From positions 88,972,001 to 89,036,000 of the forward strand of contig CM059432.1 in NCBI GenBank assembly GCA_030390025.1: a stretch of 64,000 nt of DNA. Direction: 5' to 3'. Both the position numbers and the translations under genes were made by a program. This document shows, piece after piece, positions 1-12,509 of the stretch. The notes under the pieces were generated by a model. The model saw only the letters and a program-made list of their open reading frames with translations. It searched no databases and was not told where the DNA came from. Numbering within the stretch: the stretch's first letter is position 1; the number at the start of each line of letters is the position of its first letter. This DNA comes from Squalus acanthias. Its lineage: Eukaryota.

Positions 1-52
1 GAAGAACAGCAACTTGCATTTAAATAGCACCTTTAATGTAGTGAAACGTCCC
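1..52 (-). mobile_element. L2-type 3' tail (L2 LINE or L2-tailed SINE)
   Basis: Reverse complement resembles the AAAGGTGCTATATAAATGCAAGTTGTTGTT tail seen at ~7184-7214 and in other L2/SINE copies here. Confidence 0.6.
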
Positions 53-577
53 TCGGCACTTAAGGGTTAAAAACATCCTCATAGTCTCATTCTAAGTAAT
101 GAACCTAACCTTAGTTTACTGAACACTTAAGACCAGTCAAAAGTGAAAGTGTCCACTTATCATTGTGCTTGAAACACAATAAAACAAAAATCTCAAGTGG
201 TCACTCTCAAAAATGCTCCAGTCCACTAACAAAATTGGAAACCTCCAGTGGGTTTAATTTCCTCTGTGTACTCATTAACATTTTCATGTAAATTCCTGTC
301 TGCATTATTTTAACTCATTCATTTACCTGTTTGGTTTTTAGATACATATTCAGAAGGATACGCATAATATGAGGACCTAGTACTGCTGGTCTGTTGGAAC
401 ATCGGAAACATCCTTAATCCTATTAAGAGGTATAAATGCTCTGTTCCATCAATAACAATTAAACTGTAGAGTGAAGTTTATAAAGAAGTATCTGAGCTTC
501 ACAGAAAATGACCAGTACGCATATATCTTCCTCCTTCAATGGCAGGAGTGAAGAATTTCCATTTTTATCGTGATATT

Positions 578-1187
578 GGGGCAAAATTCGGCTGCTTTGC
601 ACCTCCCGTTAGCGCCTTAAGGGCAGGGCGCCGCTAATGCCTCCCATGAAATTCAGCGGGAGGTTAGCGGTGGCGGTAGCCTGTAGCGCCCCGTGGCGCT
701 GTGCCTCCGGCGATGACGTCATCACCGTCCGCAGCGCCCCGCTCGCAAACTTAGGTTACCCCCTGACGTACCGCCAGATGTTATGTCCGACAGGGTCAGG
801 GGAGGTGCCGGGCAGCCATTTTTTTTGCTGGCCGCCTGCCAGCACCTGCCCCCTCTACCGTCAGCGATCGAGCACCCCAATCCCTGGTGGCTCAGCTGGG
901 CCCCGGGTCACGCTGTGGAAGGCCCCTACCCTTTATTAAGGGGAGGAAAGCCTGCAGTACTGCGGGGCGATGTGCCGGTGCGCATGGCGCTGTGGCACGT
1001 AGCGCCGGGATATTGGGCTGGAGCACCCCAAGAGGGAGGGGGAGCACTTCCAGCAGCGCCCCGCCTCCTGCTTGGAGTGCTACCATTGAATTTCGGGTGT
1101 GGGGGGCGCTAACTTTTTCGGGGCGCTAAAAGTAGTGCCCCGGCGAAGTTAGCGCCCCAAAGGGGGCGCGACTCAATTTATGCCCCC
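578..1187. mobile_element. Non-autonomous Harbinger-type MITE, family A (CpG-rich)
   Basis: Termini GGGGCAAAATT...AATTTATGCCCC; repeated TAGCGCC/GGCGCTA subterminal motifs; clear homology to 50585-51197. Confidence 0.75.
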
Positions 1188-1239
1188 AACTGTTTAAATT
1201 GGAGTAGCTAATAATTAAACCGGAGTGTAAATTCATAGA

Positions 1240-1403
1240 TTAATTTGTATTAACCCATGTAATGTTGATAAATGTATGTTTCCTAAACATAGATGGTACT
1301 CCTCTTTTAACCCAACTAATGGCCTCCTTATTGAGTTAAAAGAATACCATCAATGTTTAGGATACATACATTTATCAACATTTCGTGGGTTAATACAAAT
1401 TAA
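1240..1403. repeat. Long AT-rich inverted repeat (hairpin)
   Basis: 1240-1298 matches the reverse complement of 1345-1403 at 55/59 nt; pairing continues inward (TCTTTTAACCCAA / TTGAGTTAAAAGA). Confidence 0.9.
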
Positions 1404-2134
1404 CCTTAAAGTCTTCCTGATAGTAGGAGGAGGCTTTAACTCTTGATCTGGATAAGTTAGTATTGATATATTAACGTGGAGGAAGAAGAATATGGGAAAA
1501 TGGTATTCTACAGCATGATGGAGTTGTTTTAAATCCAACTTTATACTTTCTGATGGGTTTCATCTATAAAATGGCATAAAAAGGACAAAACCAGTCGGGG
1601 TGGAGAACCATCACTACAGTTCTCTTCCTATTTATTGCCCCATGAATATCTCAACTGGCATTTTCTTCTGACATCTGAGTGAAATCGACCCCCAGTTTGT
1701 CAGTTTTGATATTTAAATGAGCTCCATAAGGCATATTAACACTTCCCACACAATATCCAGTGTGTCTCCTGGGTTATCACTGCTTCATTTACCCACCTAT
1801 ATAAAATGGGCATCTACGGTTGCTGGGACTTGATCTGGTTGAGGGCTGAGATTTTTAAAGAGCCCTGCCTGAAGGATGCAAGAACAATTTACAGTCCACC
1901 TTTTATTATCCTTCTCCTTGTTTTCCCTTAGCCATTGAGATGCCTTTTTAGCAACTGTTGAACTGTTATTAATTCAATTGTATCCACAATTAATTAATAA
2001 CAGCACAATAAGTTTTCCTGTGGGGAATCCTCCAGCACACTTGTTTTGGAGGAAGAAGAGGAGGACCAATAGAGGGATGCAAAGCAGGTCCAACTGAACC
2101 AGAGGTACTCTGTAAGATTGTCTGATCATCAATA

Positions 2135-2505
2135 TTTACAGATCCTTGTTTTCAAATCCCTCCATGGCCTCACCCCTCCCTATCTCTGTAATCTCCTCCA
2201 GCCCCACAACCCTCCGAGCTATCAGCACTCCTCTAATTCTGGCCTCGTGAGCATCCCTGATTTTTATCGCTCCACCAGTGGTGGCCGTGCCTTCAGCTGC
2301 CAAGGCCCTAAGCTCTGGAATTCCCTCCCTAAACCTCTCCACCTCTCTTTCCTCCTTTAAGGCACTCCTTAAAACCTACCTCTTATCTGCCCTAATATCT
2401 TCTTATCTGGCTCGGTGTCAAATTTTGTTTTATAACATTCCTGTGAAGCGCCTTGGGATGTTTTTCTATGTTAAAGGTGCTATATAAATACAAGTTGTTG
2501 TTGTT
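2135..2505 (+). mobile_element. L2 LINE 3' fragment
   Basis: Encodes ILVFKSLHGLTPPYLCNLL...GGRAFSCQGPKLWNSLP (L2 ORF2 C-terminus), followed by the GCTATATAAATACAAGTTGTTGTTGTT tail. Confidence 0.85.
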
Positions 2506-2740
2506 ATCATACAAGGTGCATATACCTTGATATGTCAGTGGAGTGGGGCTAGTGCAGGTTACAATTCTCAATGGATGCAGTGACTGAGTCGTGTTGCATG
2601 CCACAAAGGGACCTGCAGTAAAACTCATCCCCTGGCCAATAGCTATGAAGGTCACCACAGCCTTAACTTCTGTGCCTTTGAATTATTCCAAAGTGCCACC
2701 GATGACATCAACCACATTGCAAATCAGCAGAGACTGTGCT
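2506..2740 (+). pseudogene. Degraded Harbinger (HARBI1-like) transposase N-terminal remnant
   Basis: Broken translation YLDMS...RLQFSMDAVTE...DLQ...PIAMKVTTAL resembles YLNMT...[10 protein letters not shown]...DLE...[13 protein letters not shown] of the ORF at 62773-63984. Confidence 0.55.
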
Positions 2741-2744
2741 CTTG

Positions 2745-3200
2745 ATGCCTTGTGCACCCTTATCCCCCTTTCCACAGTGTTTGGCATGGTTGACCACAGC
2801 ATCCTGCTCCAATGTCTCTCCTCCGTCATCCAGCTTCATGGGACCTGTCTTCACATGATTCCATTCCTACCGATCCAAATACAGCAAGCGCATCTCGAGC
2901 AAGGACTTGTTCTCCCTCCTCCATCCCATCACCTTTGGAGTCTCTCAAGGAGCTATCCTTGGCCTCCTTCTTCTCCTCATCATCAAACTGTCCCTAGGTG
3001 ACATCATCCACAGGCATGGAGTCAGCTTCCACATGTATGCCAATGATCCCCAACTCCACCACCCACCACAACTTCTCACTTGCCTCTTTGCTGTCAGACC
3101 GTTTGTCTAATGAGTCACAACTTTCTCCAGCTCAACATCAGGGATACTGAAGCCATCATCTTTAGTCTGTACCAAAATCTCAGCTCCTTGGTCACTGATC
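2745..3200 (+). mobile_element. Old L2 LINE RT fragment
   Basis: Motifs STVFGMVDHSILLQCL, GVSQGAILG and HGVSFHMYAND (degenerate YADD). Confidence 0.7.
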
Positions 3201-3697
3201 GTTTGCCAACCGGGAAGCCAGAGGCCAGCCTGAAATTGGTCCTTGGGCCTCAGTAATATTTTTTCCGCAAGTTGCAGGCATCAGTCACACCTCACAGGCA
3301 TCTCACGCATTTTACTAAGGTGAATATCAGGCCACTTGCCTCACCAGCAGCGGCCCAAAGCGAAGTCCCAGGAGGGGAGCGGGGGGGGGTTAGAGTGGCA
3401 ATGGGTAAGAGCCAATCATGCGGACTGTGGAGTCAGGGGAGCGCTCCAGCTCTTCCTGTCTTCACAGCAATGCTTTTTTTTACATGTTTTTAGAAAATGT
3501 TACTTATCTATTGGTAGCGGCTGCTGTTTAGGCCGCAGCGGCTGTTGAGGAATCTTGACTGGAGCAGGCCCGGCATCTGCACTGCTCATTGGAAACCAAT
3601 TTCTCAGAGGGGTCCAGGTGTTAGGCCCCTCATTTACATATGTAAGGGGCCTAATGCGTGTTTTAGGCAGACGTCCAGGTGCCTTAAAATTGGGCCA
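3200..3697. mobile_element. Degenerate Harbinger-type MITE fragment
   Basis: GC-rich block ending in the TIR-like AAAATTGGGCC; internal motifs resemble other MITEs in the window. Confidence 0.4.
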
Positions 3698-3749
3698 GAC
3701 GAATTTAGCAGTGGTCCCAACATCTGCACAGATTGTCATCATTGGACCC

Positions 3750-4915
3750 ATTTTATGCCCAAGCAATGGGCACAACGTATACCAATTCCTTCCATATATT
3801 TTCTTAATTTACACAATAGCCCAATTGTCAAGATAATAAAAAGGCCAATGAGAGAACAGCTAATCTCTTGCAACCAATTACCTAGGTCCTGATTTATGAA
3901 CCAGCTCTGACAAGCAATCTGACCTCTATTCCACTAAATGGCAAAACGGAATAGAGAATCAGAAAGACTTAGGGGGCCAATACACAAATCTTCAACACTG
4001 GGAGGACAAGTTAATAAAAGCTGTAAAAAGAACATATGGAATCCCAGGATTTCAAAATAGGGCATAGAGTATAATAGCAAAGGGGCAAAGCTAAACCTGT
4101 ACAAATCTTTGGAGGGTCCTGGGGGCAGGCTGAAGATGTTGCACACAGGTCAGTCAAATTTAATCATCACTCCTCACCCCAGATGATCTATAGAGACGCC
4201 TGCAGCTATGCACAGATTTCCTCCCTGATTTTCAGATACATGGCCAAGCAGGGGACTGGTGGCAGGGCAGACCAGTACTTGGAGTACTATGGGCTGTTCA
4301 AATGGTCCATGGGTGGAAAAACAAACCGCTTCCTTTCAGGTGCAGTGCTATGTCTGTTGGGTGCCTAGTGGGTGCCCATAGAGGAAAATCTAACCTTTTG
4401 TGTCCATTTTGGGTGTCTTACTTTACAAAGGATGTCAAGGCTATGGAGAGGTGCAAAGACATTCACAAACATGATGCCAAGGACGAGAGGCAGCAAGTTA
4501 TAAGAAGAGATTAGTGAAACTGCAGCTCTTTCCATTAGTACAAAGAAGTTAAAGAGATCTGATACAGATGTTCAAAATTATGAAGAGTTTTGATAAGATA
4601 AATAGGGAAAAAGCATTTCCATGAGGGCATAAACTTAAGCTTTATTACCAATGGAATGAAGGAAGCGGTTAGGAGAATTTATTTTACATGGCCGGTTGTC
4701 AGGGTATGGAATGCCTACCAGAAAGAGTGGTGGAAGCAAAATCCATGATAGCTTTTAAAAGGGAAGTGAATAAATATTTGAAAAAGAGTAAAGGAGAAAA
4801 GGTTAAGGAGAAAGTGCAGAGGAATGGGACTAAGCTAATAGTTCTTTTAGAGAGTTGACACTGGAGCGATAGGCCAACTGACCTCCCACTGTGATGTAAT
4901 GTTCTATGATTCTAT
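3750..4915 (+). mobile_element. Old CR1 LINE 3' fragment (with an internal insertion ~4115-4390)
   Basis: Degraded CR1 RT end (CPFWVSYFTKDVKAMER) and a CR1-type 3' tail TTCTATGATTCTAT. Confidence 0.65.
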
Positions 4916-5252
4916 CTTCTTCTTCTCAGGTGTTTGTTTAGCTAAGAACATGCATGGTCACGAGATGTTCAGGCTGCAGCTGCCAACCTGGAAAATGAAA
5001 GGGACTGACTGAAATTCATGCTGCTGATATTATACATTCCTCTTGCCAGACCATTGAGTCTTTCTTATATCATAAACTTTGGTCTTACTCTTTAAAATGG
5101 TCCAAGTTGCAGAATGTGCCGCATAATCCTATTTCTGGTCACCCAAGTGACTAGCAACGCAGTGGCAAGCTGTACTACGAGTATAGTTCCTGTGTTATTC
5201 CCCAAGCTGGTCTCTGTTCTCAGCATCACCGTCTGTGCCAAGCAGAAACTAA

Positions 5253-5439
5253 AGGAGTAACTTTAACTTCACCTAATTGACGGGAAACTGATGGGATGGG
5301 ATCAGCCGGCCATTTAACTCCCGTCGATTTTGCTTTCCATTTCAAGTCAATGGAAAGTAAAATCAAGCAGGGTGTAAAATGAGCGGCCGATCCGATTCCG
5401 TCAGGTTCCCACCGGGTGGATCAGGTTAAAATGATATCC
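5253..5439. mobile_element. Short palindromic MITE
   Basis: Imperfect inverted arms around the centre TTTCCATTTCAAGTCAATGGAAA. Confidence 0.65.
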
Positions 5440-5561
5440 AAAATGCTTTGCTATAGGAAGAACGGAAGGGGATATGGAAAGTGAATTAATTCACTATCTT
5501 AGTGCACTCCAGTTAGCTGGTTATATGACGGCATCTGTATTGTATTTATTTCAGAATTTTC

Positions 5562-6545
5562 AAAAGAAAGAAAAGCTTAGATTTATATAGAGCCTTTCAT
5601 GAAATCAGGACATCCCAAAGCACTTTACGCCAATTAAGTACTTTTCAAGTGTAGTCTCTATTTTAGAACATAGAACATAGAACAGTACAGCACAGTACAG
5701 GCCCTTCGGCCCTCGATGTTGTGCCGAGCATTGTCCGAAACCAAGATCAAGCTATCCCACTCCCTATCATTCTGGTGTGCTCCATGTGCTTATCCAATAA
5801 CCGCTTGAAAGTTCCTAAAGTGTCCGACTCCACTATCACAGCAGGCAGTCCATTCCACACCCCAACCACTCTCTGAGTAAAGAATCTACCTCGGACATCC
5901 CTTCTATATCTCCCCCCATGCACCTTATAGTTATGCCCCTTGTAACAGCTACATCCACCCGAGGAAATAGTCTCTGAACATCCACTCTATCTATCCCCCT
6001 CATCATCTTATAAACCTCTATTAAGTTCACCTCTCATCCTCCTCCGCTCTAAAGAGAAAAGCCCTAGCTCCCTCAATCTTTCCTCATAAGACCTCCCCCG
6101 CAAACCAGGCAGCATCCTGGTAAATCTCCTTTGCACTCTTTCCAATGCTTCCACGTCCTTCCTATAGTGAGGTGACCAGAACTGCACACAATATTCCAAA
6201 TGTGGTCTCACCAAGGTCCATTTTAATGTAGGAAATGCGACAACCAATTTGAGCACAGAAAGCTCCCACAAACACCAATGTGATAATAACCTGTTTTTAG
6301 TGATGTTGATTGAAGGATAAATATCGGCAGGGCAGCGGGGACAACTCCCCTACTCATTTTCAAAATAGTGCCATGGGACCTCTTACATCGACCTGAGAGA
6401 GCCTTGCTTTAACGTCTCATCTGAAAGACGGCACCTCTGACAGTGCAGCACTCCCTCAGTACGGCACTGGAACATCAGCCTAGATTTTTGTGCTCAAGTT
6501 TCTGGAGTGGGACTTGAACCCACAACCTTCTGACTCAGAGATGAA
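5562..6545 (-). mobile_element. tRNA-Deu-L2 SINE (SacSINE1-like), interrupted by a CR1
   Basis: Reverse-complement homolog of the SINE at 12081-12506 (B box GGGTTCAAGTCCC, Deu-like core, L2 tail); split at ~5665-6218. Confidence 0.8.
5665..6218 (-). mobile_element. CR1 LINE 3' fragment
   Basis: ORFs encode [34 protein letters not shown] and [14 protein letters not shown]; (AGAACAT)n tail at ~5665-5685. Confidence 0.9.
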
Positions 6546-6604
6546 GGAGATAGTTTCCTGGCTGAAGATACAAATGATGAGCTAAGAGTAGGCTCCATTA
6601 GCTA

Positions 6605-7215
6605 GACTGCCTATTTCCACCTCTGCAACATCACCCATCTCCGTCCCTGCCTCAGCCTTTATTACCTCTAGACTTGACTATTCCAATGTTCTCCTGGCCC
6701 AGATTCCACCCTCCAGAAACTTGAGCTCATCCAAAACCTGTACCCTAACTCACACCAAGTCCCATTCACCCATCACCCCGAGCACGCTGACCTATATCGG
6801 CTCCTGGTCCAGCAATACCTCAATTCTAAAATTCTCATCCTTTTTTTCAAATCCTTCCATGGCCTCGCCCCTCCCTATCTCTGTAACCTCACAGCCCTAC
6901 AGTCTTCCACAATCTCTACACTCCTCCAATTCTGGCCTCTTGCACATCCCTGATTTTAATCGCTCCATTATTAGCGGCCGTGCCTTCAGCTGCCTCGGCC
7001 CTTAGCTCTGGACTTCCCTCCCTAAATCTCTCTACCTCTCTCTCCTCCTTTAAGACACTCCTTACAACCTACCTCTTTGACCAAGCTTTTGATCACCTGC
7101 CCTAATATCTCCTTATGTGACTTGGTGTAAAATTTTTGTTTTATAAGGCTCCTGTGAAGCGCCTTGGGACATTTTACTATGTTAAAGGTGCTATATAAAT
7201 GCAAGTTGTTGTTGT
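6605..7215 (+). mobile_element. L2 LINE 3' fragment
   Basis: Same L2 ORF2 C-terminus and tail as 2135-2505. Confidence 0.85.
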
Positions 7216-7727
7216 TTTAGAGTATGTCCTTTTATACTCACTTAATTGTTATTAATCAGTTTCCACAAATGCAATTCATTAAAGATATCTACACCTGGAA
7301 TATTCTAGTACAATGTACAAATTGTCATGAATATGAGAAAATAACTTGCTAAAAAGTGGGAGGTACAGATCTTATGAGTACTTTGGAAGTCCAAACTTAA
7401 GCTTTCAATGCAGTTAAAAGTAAATATTAGGCCATCATGTCAGGCTAAATTGAACACAGAGATTTATAAAAAGGTGTTAATTTTGTTTGAACCTCTCTTT
7501 GAGATCTGTTTTGAGTGTCCTTTTCAGTAGTAGCATTTATATGTTTCTCATCACTTTAATGCCTGCCAACTATGATAATGTGTTGTGAATCCTAATAGTG
7601 GACTTTCCATACTATTTTTACCAAGAACAGAACCACAATTATATTCTTACCTCATATCTCCATTTTAATATTGGTCCATCCTATATCCAAACCACAAATA
7701 AGGTTTGGAGACTAGATCACACACCAT

Positions 7728-9348
7728 GGGCTGGATTTTTCAAACCTCAGCAGGTCCGTGGTGGGCGACGTCCGTGGCATGTGGGGACCCGGCATCTGTC
7801 TCGATCCTGGCCTCCAACAAGATTTTCCGTTGATGGGGCTTTTTAAGCCCACCCTGCGAGGTTCCCGGCCAATTAATAGGAAGCGGGTCTGATGACGTGT
7901 CATCAGCCGATTTCCTTAAAGGGACCATGTCCACAATCATTTTAACAGTTGTGCTTTCAGTGTTCTGCAGCATTGAGGTTCTCTTCCCTTCCAATGGACA
8001 GAAGACACCTCCCCAGGAGACCAATGCAGCCTGGTTGCACATTGGACAGGAGGGCACAAGCAGGGATGTCGTCAGGAGGACCAGGCTGCAGTGGCGCAAA
8101 CTTTTCAATGATCTCAGTAGATCACGAAACTTTACTGCAAAGCCACACTCAGCCTCATCCTGCTGTGCCACTCATCACATCCCCATCACTCTGCCTTCCC
8201 TACCCTACTCCTGCACATCCTTACTCACACCAACTTACCTTGCACCTCCACCCATCCCTCTCTATCTACATTATCACTTCCCCATCTCACTAGCCACCCC
8301 TCACACTCACCCTCATCCTAGTGCCCAATCATACCAACTAACAATACACAAGGGTAGGCACTTGGGTGTTATCGCCAATGTTCATGTAAAGTTTCTGGTA
8401 ATGTGCTGTCAAACATTGAAATCTTTATTTTCAACACTTTGCATTCTTGGACAGATCTGTGTGCACCTTTGGAAGTGGCTTAGTGAGTTGCAGTGAATGG
8501 TGAGGCGTAATGGTACCTCCCGCAATGGTGATGAGTGTGAAAGGAATGGCTTGGGCACTGTAGGGATGCTTTATGTTGTTGGTGTGGGGTGGTGCCAACC
8601 TGGCGCATCATATGGCAGCCAGTGTGTACAACATCTGACCATAGTGAGGCCATCCCTGGCGACCTGGGCAGCAATGTGGTCGGGTGCTGAGGCCCTCTGC
8701 CCTGTGCAGTATCAATTGATTGCGGAGAAGGTTGGTGTTGTTGTTGGTGCTGCTGGTGTGCCTGGTGCTGCTGGTGTTGGGGTTGATTGTGGTGGGATTC
8801 TGAGGACCAAGGTGAGATTTTTTCAAGGGTACTGATGCTGATGGAATAGATGGCAGCTGAAGTTGAGATGACAGAAGCAATCTGTCAATGGTGAGAGAGG
8901 TTGCTCCAAGGAGGAGACACTAGATAGAGAGTTCAAACCTTCATAAAGCTGAAAAGTGTATTCCAAATCCTGAAGGCTCCAGCCTCTAAGATTGGAAATT
9001 GAACAGCTGTGAAATGGCAGCTTTTATACCACTTTTGCAGCTGTCAACTATTCACAGCAATGCAGAGTCATTGAGAACCCGACACACTTACCTGTCATGA
9101 TCCCCAAGCGCCGGGAACCTTGTAAAAAACATAGAAAATCATTAGGACCTGGTAAAATGTTGCTTAAATCCCTCAATTGCCTGACTCGCCGCTTAGTGCC
9201 GGGTCTGCAAACCGCAGGCAGAGCCGACACTGGGAAATTAACAAGCAGGCGGGTTCAGAGCGGACTTCCGCCCCGCTGTCAATCACTGCCATTTTGACAG
9301 TGGACCCGCCTCCGAACCCGCCCTATGAGAGCCGACAATATTCAGCCC
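7728..9348. mobile_element. Internally deleted Harbinger transposon with a Myb/SANT remnant
   Basis: TIRs GGGCTGGATTTT / AATATTCAGCCC flanked by a 3-bp CAT duplication; ~7970-8120 encodes LFPSNGQKTPPQETNAAWLHIGQE...RRTRLQWRKLFNDL, homologous to Myb exon 1 at 60523. Confidence 0.8.
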
Positions 9349-10098
9349 CATAAGTGTCAAATGGCCACTTAAGTTTATAATTGCCCCAATATAAAGTTTT
9401 AAGCAATCTCAGTAGCCATTTGTTCTGTCCAAAGATGTTCAGGGAAAGGTTTACCCTTTTCAATTAGTTGGATTTCGGTATATAGCTTTCAACATTATTT
9501 GGTTCCAAACTGGGTCAAGGGTTCTTCTACTTGGGATAGGTGACCTCATTTGCAGAACTCATTGATGCATTCTGGAAAGACATGTGTTGTGCCACCATTT
9601 GCTCATTGGTTCACATGACATTACAAACCAAAGGGCACCAACATCAACAGAGGCCAGTTTTACACGTAGAATACTTTATGCAGCATTTGGGGGGTGGTGG
9701 GTGGGGATCCTTTTCTGTCTATTTTTTTCTTCTCAAACAACTTCCTACCTTTAATCTTATTTTAGCATAACTCTGTCCGTTATTCTGGTAATTGCACAGG
9801 AAAGGGATACTTAAAAAAGGAACGTTATTATTTATTTTAACTGGAATAGATTTTTTTTTTGGTACAAGTGTTTATGTGGATGAGATTTTCTCTTACATGA
9901 TTCATATCCGAATATACCTTCTCGGTGGTTTTAAAAAACATCTTGGCCTGGGGCTACTTAGCCACTGGTTTCCCCAATGGCAAGCTAATAGATTCCTGAG
10001 GTTCTAATCAGACTCAAAGTAGAAACAGTTCTCTTTCTATTTTTTTCCTATTATTGGTTGAAGCACATAATTAAGGAGTAAGTTCTGAATCAGGATTA

Positions 10099-10630
10099 AT
10101 ACGAACATACGAATTATGATGAACAGGAAAAGATCCTCTGGTCTATCTAGCCTGTCCCACATAATTATAATACCTTGTGCATCACAATATGTACACTCCC
10201 CTCCCCACCTAAAACCATGTGATCTCCTGGGAGACACAAAAAAAACAGCTAAAAACCCAGGCCAATTTGGAGTATAAAAAATCTTGGATTTTCCTCTCTG
10301 ACCCCCTTAGGCAACTGAAACTAGTCCAGGAGATCACTCTGGCCCTGAATTCCCTGTAGTACCTACCTTCTGTAAGAGGTGATGTCCGCCCCAGCCAGAA
10401 ACAGGTCCAGCTCTCGCTTGGAGGAATTCAGCAATCCAGCATCCACCGCACGAGACGGCAGCCCGTTGCAGAGGTCCTCTATTCTCTGGGGAAAGAACCA
10501 CCTCCTGACATCTAACCTAGATCTGGCCTTATACAACTTAAATTTGTGACCTCTGGTCCTGCCTAACCTATTTAATTGGAACAAACTGTCTACTCGAACA
10601 TAATCAATTCCCTTCATTATCTTATAAACC
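10099..10630 (-). mobile_element. CR1 LINE 3' fragment with long 3' UTR
   Basis: ORF 10363-10617 (RTRGHKFKLYK...RRWFFPQRI) is a CR1 ORF2 C-terminus; ATACGAACATACGAA tail. Confidence 0.8.
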
Positions 10631-12080
10631 TTTATTCACTTTAAGGTTCTTTCCATTATGACTATGGTGTTTGTTAATACTTCCTATATTTTGGTTAATT
10701 GTTTTGAATCTTTACTATTTACTGCTCCAGAAGTTTCTGATGGCAAAAGCTGCTACTACCTGATCATATGGTCCTCCAAGGTTCTTAATTTATTCTGTGA
10801 CAGAGGTGGCTTGTACCTTCAGGATGCTAGTCCAGCACCGTGGTAAAGATCTCTGACGACTGTGGAAGGGAAAAACTCAGAAAACCTTTTATTCGGTTAA
10901 GTGAAAAACTTCCATTAATATTGGTCAGTGGGAAGAAGCGTAGAGTTTTCAATGAGTGCAGTGAGCGTGAGATTACATTGTAACATGAGGCTTGTCGAAT
11001 CTTACAATTGAATTGTGTGCTTAGTGTACATGAGTTGAAACACAATGGTTTCTCAAACTAACCAATCATAATAGTTTATGACACTCAATCTTTGACTGAG
11101 AAGAGGCAGATATTTTAAAAAAGTCCATAAAAGGAGAGGAATACTTGCAATCTGCCACTAACTCTGAATCGTTCTCATTTAAATTATGCTTTTGACTTCC
11201 ATTATTTTGAATTCTGAACTACTCAGCCACGTTAAGTTCTGAAATTTAGATGTTGCGGGAAGCAAGCATTGCTACGATCTGAACAATTTCTGAAGATAGA
11301 ATTTATTCCATCCTAACAGCTGTCTATTTATAGATATGTGTGCAAGGATTTAATTCAATTCAGGAGTTCTGATGACATCATAAACCATGAGAACAAAGCA
11401 TGAGTGGCCTGCAATAATTATCTAGAAACTGAAATTGCTTTTAATTCATTTCAAGATTTTTATCGCCCGTATTTTTTTTTAATTTTGTTTTCCTCCTGTC
11501 CCATTGTGTCATTCTGACCAAAAGGAGAGGCAGGCAGCAAGTTCTGAAGCATTTGCAATGAATGCCCTTGAACTGGCCACTAGGAGAATGCCCTGTGTTC
11601 GGGCGCTTCCTCCCTCTCTATTTCCTCCACCTCTACCTCTCCCTTCCTATTTGTAAGGAAGCACCACAATCTCAACTCTGTGCCTTTCCCCATGATATTT
11701 GCAGAGACAGAAATTCATCACATGGTAAATCATAGGCATAGATCTTTTACGGTATGTATTTGTTGTTTTATAGAATGTTGTATTGCGTAACTTAAAATGT
11801 TTTCATGCTTGCAGTACCCTACAAAGAGAATTGCAAGTCTTCCCTGTGTCATCATTAGAGGGAGGGCATACCCTGGAAATTCCTAGTGCAAAGATCTTGA
11901 ACCAATTGATTAATCAACTAGTGCATTTGATCCCCATGGACAGAAATGTTTATTTCTTTACTACGTTCTGTCAACTGGGTTTAATTGATTTTGTGCATGA
12001 AGAATTGTTTGGGAAGCAATCTACAATTTTTCTAAGATAATCAGAAAGTTTCCTGTGATATTTGATAATAACAGCATGGA

Positions 12081-12506
12081 GTGTCAGCGTGGCTCAGTTG
12101 GTAGCACACTTGCCTCTGAATCCAAAGTCTGTGGGTTCAAGCCCCACTCTAGAGACTTGAGCGTAAAATCTAGGCTGACACTCCAGTGCAATACTGAGGT
12201 GCCGTCTTTTGGATGAGACATTAACCTGAGGCCCTGTCTGCCCTCTTAGGTGGACGTAAAAGATCCTCTGACACTATTTGAAGACGAGCATGGGAGTTCT
12301 TCCTGGTGTCCTGGCTAATGTTTATCCATCAACCAACATCACCAAAACAGATTACCACATTGCTATTTGTGGGATCTTGCTGTGTGCAAATTAGCTGCTG
12401 CATTTCCTATGTTACAACAGTGACTATACTTCAAAAGTACTTTGTTGGCTGTTTGGGATGTCCTGAGGTCATGTAAGGTGCTATATAAATGCAAGGCTTT
12501 CTTTCT
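12081..12506 (+). mobile_element. tRNA-Deu-L2 SINE (SacSINE1-like)
   Basis: Pol III A box TGGCTCAGTTGG, B box GGGTTCAAGCCC, Deu-like core GTGCCGTCTTTTGGATGAGAC...GGTGGACGTAAAAGATCC, L2-derived tail. Confidence 0.85.
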
Positions 12507-12509
12507 ATA

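Noticed and set aside
52..70. piggyBac-like terminus (AAGGG-TTAA)
   Set aside because: Too short, and no partner end found in the window.
637..1129. GC-rich ORFs in MITEs (also 25662-26104, 33627-34244, 50728-51212, 58040-58430)
   Set aside because: Overlapping ORFs on both strands, no recognisable domains; explained by GC content of non-coding elements.
11573..11592. CTCF-like site TGGCCACTAGGAGAATGC
   Set aside because: Only the 5' half fits the consensus; cannot be supported without a motif score or ChIP data.
12081..12160. tRNA gene
   Set aside because: A and B boxes run directly into a SINE body and L2 tail; no complete cloverleaf.
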